64,000 nt of DNA from Fibrobacteria bacterium. Its GTDB lineage: Bacteria; Fibrobacterota; Fibrobacteria; UBA11236. The stretch covers positions 32,001 to 96,000 of the forward strand of contig JBGTHM010000032.1 in NCBI GenBank assembly GCA_041746255.1, written 5' to 3'. Under the pieces are notes generated by a model. It searched no databases and was not told where the DNA came from. It saw only the letters and a program-made list of their open reading frames with translations. How positions within the stretch are numbered: position 1 is the first letter of the stretch; each line of letters begins with the position of its first letter. The translations under genes were made by a program, and so were the position numbers. Of the stretch, positions 57,122 to 64,000 are shown in pieces.

Positions 57122-58168
57122 ATGCATACGAAAAAATTGTCTGTTGGCGTGGTCATGGGCGGGATCTCCTCCGAACATTCCGTCTCCCTGGTTTCAGGGT
57201 GCGGGATGTTCACGCATATGGACAGAACCCTTTTTCGACCTTTCCCCATTCTTATCAGCCGCGATAACCAATGGATTTGGCCGGCAGCCCTGGAAGAATA
57301 TGCGAATGACAAGTTGACCTCCAGCATGGCTGAAGCCTTGATCAGTGACCCTCCTGAGGATTGGATAAAGGTCGAGTTTCCTGCTTTCTCCCACTTTCCC
57401 CACTGCGATATTCTGTTCCTGGGCCTGCATGGTGTGGGTGGCGAAGACGGCCGTCTACAAGGCTTTTTGGAACTGGCGGGCCAACGTTATACCGGGAGTG
57501 ATAGTCGGGGGTGCATTCTCGCCATGGATAAGATTCTCGCCAAGCAAACCTACCTGGCCAATGGAATACCTACCGCGCCTTTTATCATTATCCATCGCGC
57601 CGAGTATGCTTCCGCCTCCATGCTTGACCGGCTGAAAAAGAGCCTGGGCTTTCCGATAGTCGTTAAAGACCCACTGGGCGGCTCCAGTTTAGGCATGGGC
57701 ATAGCCCATACCCGCGAGGAACTCGCGGCTCTGATAGCCAAGCTGGGGGAGCATTCGCATCGGCTGCTGGCCGAAAAGTTCATCAAAGGCCGTGAAGCGA
57801 CTTGCGGAGTCTTGTCGAATGGTCCCCGTTTACCCCCTACCGAAATTAGGCCAAAAGAAGACAGCTTTTTCAACTTTGAGGCCAAATATGTTTCCGGGCG
57901 TACGGAGGAAATCACTCCCGCAACCTTCGCTCCCGCCATCAATACACGTCTACAGGAGCTGGCGCTTCGCTGCCATGAGGCGCTGCAATTGTCGGTATAT
58001 AGTCGCACGGATTTCATTGTGGCCGACAAGGAGGTATTTGTTTTGGAAACCAACAACCTTCCCGGTTTCACGCCCACCTCCTTTCTACCCCAGCAAGGCG
58101 CAGTGGCCGGCCTGGACTATACGCAATTGCTCACCCTCATTCTGGAAGAAAGTATGATCCGGCCATGA
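57122..58168 (+). CDS. ddl: D-alanine--D-alanine ligase
   Basis: GGISSEHSVS, LHGVGGEDG, MDK, GSSLG, EAKY, ETNNLPG. Confidence 0.95.
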   Translation: MHTKKLSVGVVMGGISSEHSVSLVSGCGMFTHMDRTLFRPFPILISRDNQWIWPAALEEYANDKLTSSMAEALISDPPEDWIKVEFPAFSHFPHCDILFLGLHGVGGEDGRLQGFLELAGQRYTGSDSRGCILAMDKILAKQTYLANGIPTAPFIIIHRAEYASASMLDRLKKSLGFPIVVKDPLGGSSLGMGIAHTREELAALIAKLGEHSHRLLAEKFIKGREATCGVLSNGPRLPPTEIRPKEDSFFNFEAKYVSGRTEEITPATFAPAINTRLQELALRCHEALQLSVYSRTDFIVADKEVFVLETNNLPGFTPTSFLPQQGAVAGLDYTQLLTLILEESMIRP

Positions 58169-58821
58169 AACCCCTCCACCTGCTCATCGATTTGGCAGTG
58201 TCGGGGTATGTGGCTTTGTTTGATGCGGAAGGGAATCTCCTCACGCATGGCAAGAACCCCGAGGGAGCGAAGGGCGAACATGCGGAAGCCTTGGTGCGGG
58301 AACAACTGGAGGAGTCGGGAGCGCATGCCGGCGATATTGCTTCGCTGAGCGTGGGCATCGGACCCGGTAGTTTTACCGGAGTTCGCGTCGGAGTGGCGCT
58401 GGCTCAAGGCCTGGCCTTTCCCGACTCATTGCCTATTTACCCTTTCTCCTCCCTGGAGGCCTTGTTATGCAAGGTTCCGGAGCAGGAAACGGGTTTGGCC
58501 GTACTTCCCGCCCATGGAGGACTCGCCTATATGCGCAGCAATATCGACGGATGGGAATTGGTGGAATCCTTGGAATCGGTCCGGCGTCGTGCATTCAACC
58601 ATGCGCATGTGGTGCTGCCGGCTCCGCCTACGGAACCTTGGCCGGGACCGCAAATGCATGTGTTAAGCGAGGGCTATCCATTCGAGGCGGTGCGTCGCAT
58701 GGCGTTGCAAAGAAGTCCAATCTTCGATGGAATCGTCAAACCCAACTATAAACTGCCTTCGGCGGCGGAAAGTAAGCGTTTGGGATCCGAAAGTGATTTC
58801 GAATTGGGATCAAATGCATGA
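58165..58821 (+). CDS. tsaB: tRNA threonylcarbamoyladenosine biosynthesis protein TsaB
   Basis: GIGPGSFTGVRVG..AQGL. Confidence 0.9.
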   Translation: MKPLHLLIDLAVSGYVALFDAEGNLLTHGKNPEGAKGEHAEALVREQLEESGAHAGDIASLSVGIGPGSFTGVRVGVALAQGLAFPDSLPIYPFSSLEALLCKVPEQETGLAVLPAHGGLAYMRSNIDGWELVESLESVRRRAFNHAHVVLPAPPTEPWPGPQMHVLSEGYPFEAVRRMALQRSPIFDGIVKPNYKLPSAAESKRLGSESDFELGSNA

Positions 58822-59318
58822 ACGGTGTTCGCTCCATGACCTTCGGCGACTTGGATGCCGTTTTAAGCTTGGAGCGTGACGTCAGCCCCCAGCCCTGGGC
58901 CCGGAGTCATTTCGAAGCGTTTATCTGCGAACGCGATGGGGAAACGCACAAGCAAACGTTACGGACCATGCCGGTTTCGATAACCTGGGTACGCAGTGGC
59001 TGGGTCGTATACGAAGAAAAGGAATTGATCGGATTTATCTGCGCCAGCGAATTGGCGGAAGCCGTAGAGGTTGAGAACCTGGCAGTGCATCAGAGCTTTC
59101 GGCGTAGGGGATTGGGAAGGCGCCTATTGGAAACGGTAGTCCTTTTTGCCAAGAAAAGGGGAGCCTTGTCGATAAGGCTTGAGGTGCGTGCGGAAAATAA
59201 GGCCGCACGCAGCCTTTACGAAGGGTTGGGATTCCGCCTAACCGGCATCAGGCCTCGATATTATGCGGATAACCGGGAAGACGCCGTGCTTTATGACTTA
59301 CCGCTTACGCAAGGATAA
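58818..59318 (+). CDS. rimI: Ribosomal protein N-acetyltransferase
   Basis: NLAV...RRRGLG, LEVRAEN..A..LY, RPRYY, EDA. Confidence 0.88.
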   Translation: MNGVRSMTFGDLDAVLSLERDVSPQPWARSHFEAFICERDGETHKQTLRTMPVSITWVRSGWVVYEEKELIGFICASELAEAVEVENLAVHQSFRRRGLGRRLLETVVLFAKKRGALSIRLEVRAENKAARSLYEGLGFRLTGIRPRYYADNREDAVLYDLPLTQG

Positions 59319-59375
59319 GCGCATTTTATTATCTTACCCCTCATTCTCCATCCACAGGCTATTAGAGAGGAGCTC

Positions 59376-59867
59376 ATGCAAAAAGTGCTGATCCAAACGC
59401 GATTCGGAAACATGGAAATTGAATTCTTTCCGGATTCCGCTCCCGGACATGTCGAGAACTTCATCGAACTCGCGAAGCAGGGTTTTTATGATGGATGTCT
59501 TTTCCACAGGGTGATTCCGGGATTCATGATTCAAGGCGGAGACCCCAATAGCAAGCTTCCCGACAGGCAATTACACGGAACCGGGGGATCCGGCAAAAAC
59601 CTCAAGGCGGAATTTTCCCAGCGTAACCACGTGCGTGGTACCCTTTCAATGGCCCGCTCCCAACATCCCGACTCAGCCTCGTCCCAATTCTTCATCGTAT
59701 TGGAAGACCAATCCCACTTGAACGGACAGTATACGGTTTTCGGCCAGGTGGTTGAGGGTATGGACGTGGTGGATAAAATCGCTGAAGAAGAAACCGATTT
59801 CCGCGACAATCCCGTTGAACCGGTGGCCATGACTATCTCTTGGGTGGAAGAGACTCAAGAAGCCTAA
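59376..59867 (+). CDS. Cyclophilin-type peptidyl-prolyl isomerase
   Basis: FHRVIPGFMIQGGD, SMAR, SQFFI, YTVFGQV. Confidence 0.95.
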   Translation: MQKVLIQTRFGNMEIEFFPDSAPGHVENFIELAKQGFYDGCLFHRVIPGFMIQGGDPNSKLPDRQLHGTGGSGKNLKAEFSQRNHVRGTLSMARSQHPDSASSQFFIVLEDQSHLNGQYTVFGQVVEGMDVVDKIAEEETDFRDNPVEPVAMTISWVEETQEA

Positions 59868-59902
59868 CCACCCGGCCAAGACGGCCCGTGAAAGTGGAAT
59901 CT

Positions 59903-60736
59903 ATGCCTATTCGGCCGAAATCGCCTTCGACATCCGTTCGTCCCTCCCGGGGCCAGCGTCGATTTCTGCCCTTGACCTATTTGATTCTACCGGCGGCAGC
60001 CATAGTGTCCGTGGTGGCGGCGCTGGTACTGTGGAGATCGGGACTCTGGTTGGTCCGCACCGACTCATTTGAAAAGGTGAAGTGGGCCGTGGTGCTGGCC
60101 GGTGAATCGCGGGACATGGAGCGTACCGAGGCCGCGGCTTTGCTCATGCGCGAGGGACAGGTCGACTCCCTGATTATTTCGGGGAACCGGATTTTCGGCA
60201 ACCGCTATACCAGCGAATTTGCGGCAAGGGTATTTCTCGAGCAGGGAGTGGAACCGATCCGGGTTTTCGAGTTCAGGAACGACGCTTATTCCACGGTTGA
60301 AGAGGCTGTGGAGTTGATTCGGCAATTCCGGTTCATGGGTTTGGATACCGTACTTGTCATCACGTCCAATTTCCATACCCATCGGGCAGGGTCGATTTTC
60401 CAAAGGCTGGCCGGCGGGGATCCCGAAATCCTGGTGCATGCGGCCGACTACCCTCTCTTCGATCCCGGGGCCTGGTGGAGTTCACGCGAAAGCCGTAAAC
60501 ACTGGCTTACCGAATGGCTGAAGGTCGTACATGGAACTATGGAGGCGACCGGTAAAAGGAAAGTGGAGGGCCAAAGTGACTTCAATCAACTCTTGCCGGT
60601 TTCAGCCGCCGCTCCTGGTACCGGTATTGCAATTCGGGGCAAGCAAGAAAGTTTGCCGGGGCCGAGTAAACCGGTTTCGGATGGGGAAACCCTGCCTAAC
60701 CCGACGGATTCCGGCATGAATTCCGAGTCGCCTTGA
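59903..60736 (+). CDS. YdcF/DUF218 (ElyC/SanA-like) membrane protein
   Basis: TM, VVLAG, IISG, STVEEA, VITSNFHTHRA; start uncertain. Confidence 0.85.
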   Translation: MPIRPKSPSTSVRPSRGQRRFLPLTYLILPAAAIVSVVAALVLWRSGLWLVRTDSFEKVKWAVVLAGESRDMERTEAAALLMREGQVDSLIISGNRIFGNRYTSEFAARVFLEQGVEPIRVFEFRNDAYSTVEEAVELIRQFRFMGLDTVLVITSNFHTHRAGSIFQRLAGGDPEILVHAADYPLFDPGAWWSSRESRKHWLTEWLKVVHGTMEATGKRKVEGQSDFNQLLPVSAAAPGTGIAIRGKQESLPGPSKPVSDGETLPNPTDSGMNSESP

Positions 60737-60787
60737 CTTGCGGCGCCCGCTAGCCGGGTTAAGGGTTGGGGCCTTATTCCACCTTGC

Positions 60788-63562
60788 CTACTTCACCTTC
60801 GCGAAATGAGCCAGGAGGTTGGCGAAAAGAGCGTCGGCCATGGCATTCCGCCCCAACCTCTCCAACATTTCGAATTGACAGAAGATGACCTTGCCTTTGC
60901 CCAGGGAAAGATGGGCGATATCCATTCCCCATTTTATCAAAGGCGTTTTGGTATCCACGGTGCGACCTGAGGGTTCCGGAGGGATTAGGGAGGCACAGCC
61001 GGCCGCCATGGTTAGGGACGCGCAATGATCCAGGCTCCAGGTGGGCAGAATGTCCGCAAAGCTTTGGTCCAAAAGGCATTGGCTGGGCAAGTCCTTGAAA
61101 ACCGGGGATTGCAAGGCGAAATGGTAGGAGCCGAAAGCGGTTCCGTTGGAACGGTGGCAGGAAATGGATTCGGGCAAAACTTTGAGCGCGTTGATGCGCT
61201 GCGCTTCTTCGTCGGTGATGGGGCCCAACATTAGGATTTTTCCGGATTTGGCATCCGCGAATATTCTCGCGAGGTCGGCATCCGAAATGTCGGAAACCTT
61301 GGCGGCCAAATTGAGGCTACCCGTGTCGGAGGCGAAGGAGGCGATGGTATCGGACATCGGACCGGTTACCTGGATATGTTTGAGCAGTTGTTCCAGCTTC
61401 ACTTCAGGAGGCACGAAGAATACCTCTTCGGTTCGCATCACCTCTTTATTGTTCTTGGAGAGGTTCAAGTCGAAAGTAAAGCGTCCTTTTTCGAAACCGA
61501 CGGGAAATTTGAATCGGCCTACCAGATTGACTCCGGGCTTGGCCCGACCTGGAAGAGATTCCTGATGCCATATGCGTCCATTGGGACCTTTCACACGCAA
61601 GAGAAGACCGTAATCACCCAAGTCGCCGTCATTGACCATATGGATTTTAATGGCGGCCGAAGTTCCGCTATAGGGAGTCCTTTCTTCGGCTTCGGCTATG
61701 ACATATACCGGCCGGTTCAATTTCTTGAAGGATTCGAATGCGGGTTTGGGCTGCCGAAGCCAGTTGGTGAGTCCCGAAAAATTAAGGCCGTAATCGGCAT
61801 AGGTATCGAGTACATACCCCGACACGTTGGGATTGATGAAAAGGGCTTCGATTTGCGCGACGAGCGCCTGTCGTGCGGATGCCGCCGCGTCTTTCCAGAA
61901 ATCCTCGGTGGTTTTCCAGATGGAAATGCCATGCTGTTTTAAACCCGCTCCCAATTCTTTTTGCAAACGGGTGAAAAGCAGAATCTCGGTGCTACGGGAA
62001 TGCTTCGCGGCTCCCGTGGCCAGTTCTTCCGGATTTTCCGGCATGGCTACACCCATGCCGTCGATGAGAATTTTACCCTGTATCCCGTCTTTGAGATAGT
62101 TGTAGCGTTCCCAAAACGATTTGTTACCGTGAATGCCATCCGCCACGCTTTTCCCATCCTTGGATGAACAATAGGTGGACAGCATGCCGAAGGTTTTAAG
62201 GGCGAGAGGAAAGGTGATTCTCAATTTGTGCCATTCGCTGGGCCCGATTTGTTGCAGGGTAGGCTCATACACTTTGCCGATGTCGATTTTTCCGCCGCCG
62301 TTGCTGTCCAACGAAACCGAATTCAAGTTGGAGAAAATCGGTCGGCTATTGTCCAGCTCGGCGGTATAGCGCAGCAGTTTGTTCCCATTTTCCAGCACCA
62401 TGGAACCGTTTTCGGAGCCGATGGCCCACGCGAAAATACAGGGATGCGAACCATCGCGCTCGATGAGAAAACGGATTTGGTCTTTCAGATTCTCAAGACC
62501 CAGTTTGCTGGATTTTTGATTGAAACAGGTGGTTTCCTGAATTACCAACATTCCGATTTCGTCGCAAATATCCAGAACCTGGGTCGGAAGGGGTGCGCCG
62601 TCGGAGCGTATCAGGTTAAACCCAGCCTCTTTCAGGCCGGTCAATTCCTTGCGCAATTCCAGGTCGCGCGGGGGAGTTCCGGGGTGGAAAGCGAACAACC
62701 AGGGATAACCGACTCCACGAACCTTGATGGTTTGATGGTTCAGCTTGAAATTACCCCTTTCGATGTCCGCGCCGCGCATACCGAAACGCGTTTCCATTGA
62801 GGGTGAATTGGGTATGCTTACTTTGAGCTTATAGAGCGAACGCTCATTCAAGTTCCAGAGCTTGACATCCTCCAATTGCAACGAAATGGAGAGCGTGCCG
62901 TTTTCTTTGTCGATTTTGACGTCTTTGGTGAAGCCACCGGCTTCTCCCTTGGGATCGGTGAGTTCAAACTCGAGGTTGGCCTGGAAATTTTTCGGGTTCC
63001 AGAATCGGGTGAGGATGGTGATCCGGTCGGCTTCATAATCCGGCAGACAAACCAGGGAGCGAATGCCGGCGCGTCCGATACAAATCAACTCCGCTCCGCC
63101 CAGGAACCCGGCGAAAGGCGCACGTAGATAAGGCCCGCCCAGGGCCAGTTCGGACGCATGTTGGTCGATAAGCTGCTGGGAATTATCCGGCTCTTGCACG
63201 CGTATGGCCAGAAGGTTGCTCTCACCCGCTTTGAGATGGCGAGAAACATCGAATTCGAAGGGAAGGAAGCTACCGAAATGGGTGCCGATTTCTTCGCCGT
63301 TGAGCCAAACCGTAGCGAAATGCTGGATGGAATCGAGTCGCAGAATCCACCGGGTAGGGCCCGTGCGCTTTTCCGGAGTAAAAGTATTGAAATAATACCC
63401 GATGTGGGCGTTTTCGCTACCGCGAATGCCGGTCCAATCGTGGGGTAAGGCGGCTTTGGCGGCCTTTGGCGGTTTTTTCACGAACCACTCTTCGAGCAAT
63501 CCCTCATCCAGGGGATCGAAAATGAATTCCCAATTTTCTTCCAGCTTGAAAGAATTACCCAT
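60788..63562 (-). CDS. Glycoside hydrolase family 2-like protein (no signal peptide, divergent active site)
   Basis: VWLNG..G.H.G.F.PFEFDVS, TRFGMR, GFNLIR, CDEIGMLV, HPCIFAWAIGSE. Confidence 0.85.
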   Translation of the reverse strand: MGNSFKLEENWEFIFDPLDEGLLEEWFVKKPPKAAKAALPHDWTGIRGSENAHIGYYFNTFTPEKRTGPTRWILRLDSIQHFATVWLNGEEIGTHFGSFLPFEFDVSRHLKAGESNLLAIRVQEPDNSQQLIDQHASELALGGPYLRAPFAGFLGGAELICIGRAGIRSLVCLPDYEADRITILTRFWNPKNFQANLEFELTDPKGEAGGFTKDVKIDKENGTLSISLQLEDVKLWNLNERSLYKLKVSIPNSPSMETRFGMRGADIERGNFKLNHQTIKVRGVGYPWLFAFHPGTPPRDLELRKELTGLKEAGFNLIRSDGAPLPTQVLDICDEIGMLVIQETTCFNQKSSKLGLENLKDQIRFLIERDGSHPCIFAWAIGSENGSMVLENGNKLLRYTAELDNSRPIFSNLNSVSLDSNGGGKIDIGKVYEPTLQQIGPSEWHKLRITFPLALKTFGMLSTYCSSKDGKSVADGIHGNKSFWERYNYLKDGIQGKILIDGMGVAMPENPEELATGAAKHSRSTEILLFTRLQKELGAGLKQHGISIWKTTEDFWKDAAASARQALVAQIEALFINPNVSGYVLDTYADYGLNFSGLTNWLRQPKPAFESFKKLNRPVYVIAEAEERTPYSGTSAAIKIHMVNDGDLGDYGLLLRVKGPNGRIWHQESLPGRAKPGVNLVGRFKFPVGFEKGRFTFDLNLSKNNKEVMRTEEVFFVPPEVKLEQLLKHIQVTGPMSDTIASFASDTGSLNLAAKVSDISDADLARIFADAKSGKILMLGPITDEEAQRINALKVLPESISCHRSNGTAFGSYHFALQSPVFKDLPSQCLLDQSFADILPTWSLDHCASLTMAAGCASLIPPEPSGRTVDTKTPLIKWGMDIAHLSLGKGKVIFCQFEMLERLGRNAMADALFANLLAHFAKVK

Positions 63563-63685
63563 GACTTGTCCTTTGGGGCCGTCGAGGCGACCGGGATGAT
63601 GGCTTGTAGTTTTCCCCTTTCGGGGGCCTAAAAATAGTTAAAACGAAGGGGAATTGGGGTTAAATAGCGGGATTTTCCGTTTATC

Positions 63686-64000
63686 TCAAAGGTTGGGGAG
63701 TGGGAAGAGATTGAAATACCAAGTCCAGATTTTGTCTCCGGCCAATGCTGCCAGAAGAATTCCGGCACAAATAAAGGGGCCAAAAGGAATGTGATTGGAC
63801 GTGCCGGGCTTACGCACCAGCAGTAGGGGAATGCCGATGAGGCAGCCCAGAATGGAGGCGAGGAGAAGCCCCAGCAAAGTGATGTTCAGACCGAATAAAG
63901 CGCCTGCCATCGCCAATAACTTGACATCTCCCAACCCCATGGCCTCTTTTCGCAGGAGTTTTCCGGCGGCAAATCCCACCAGCCAAAGGCAACCTCCAGC
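63686..64000 (-). CDS. pilD: Prepilin peptidase, C-terminal part (5' end outside window)
   Basis: AMGLGDVKL, IPFGPFI. Confidence 0.9.
   Translation of the reverse strand, partial: AGGCLWLVGFAAGKLLRKEAMGLGDVKLLAMAGALFGLNITLLGLLLASILGCLIGIPLLLVRKPGTSNHIPFGPFICAGILLAALAGDKIWTWYFNLFPLPNL

Noticed and set aside
57122..58168. Possible D-Ala-D-Lac (Van-type) ligase
   Set aside because: The omega loop keeps EAKY (Tyr) and there are no van genes nearby

Overview
Bacterial chromosomal window, most consistent with Fibrobacterota (TIGR02147/DUF4423 gene paired with a lipoprotein, a PorV-like barrel, secreted proteins with T9SS/FlgD-like C-terminal tails); the taxon is inferred, not proven. Content in order: envelope glycan modification genes (AlkP-superfamily membrane protein, methyltransferase, YdjC deacetylase, MBOAT+SGNH pair, nucleotide-sugar dehydrogenase/SDR/GT2/GT-C module); ilvE; cimA-hisD behind a consensus sigma70 promoter and an apparent Ile-codon attenuator; tRNA-Pro(TGG). 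An accessory block follows (minor pilins, three secreted glycan-active proteins, TIGR02147 + lipoprotein, gene relics), then a NoeA-like/YIDPG/AlkP cassette, larC, a sigma factor, xth, yceI, MFS, queE-queD-dusA converging on a HAD-NUDIX/folB/folM-like operon, STAS/PEGA genes, queG, a diguanylate cyclase, GT9, ddl-tsaB-rimI, a cyclophilin, a divergent GH2 and the 3' end of pilD. Best leads: (1) a repeated GTTYC-N6-GRAAC palindrome linking TIGR02147 to neighbouring secreted glycan-active genes; (2) a kinase-like/methyltransferase + YIDPG peptide + Thr-type AlkP cassette; (3) a HAD-NUDIX fusion that could supply both dephosphorylation steps before FolB; (4) a dual-frame Ile/Leu leader for cimA; (5) an ATC-initiated STAS-TM-PEGA protein. 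No CRISPR array, rRNA, integrase or transposase was seen. All family calls come from motif recognition by eye, without database searches.
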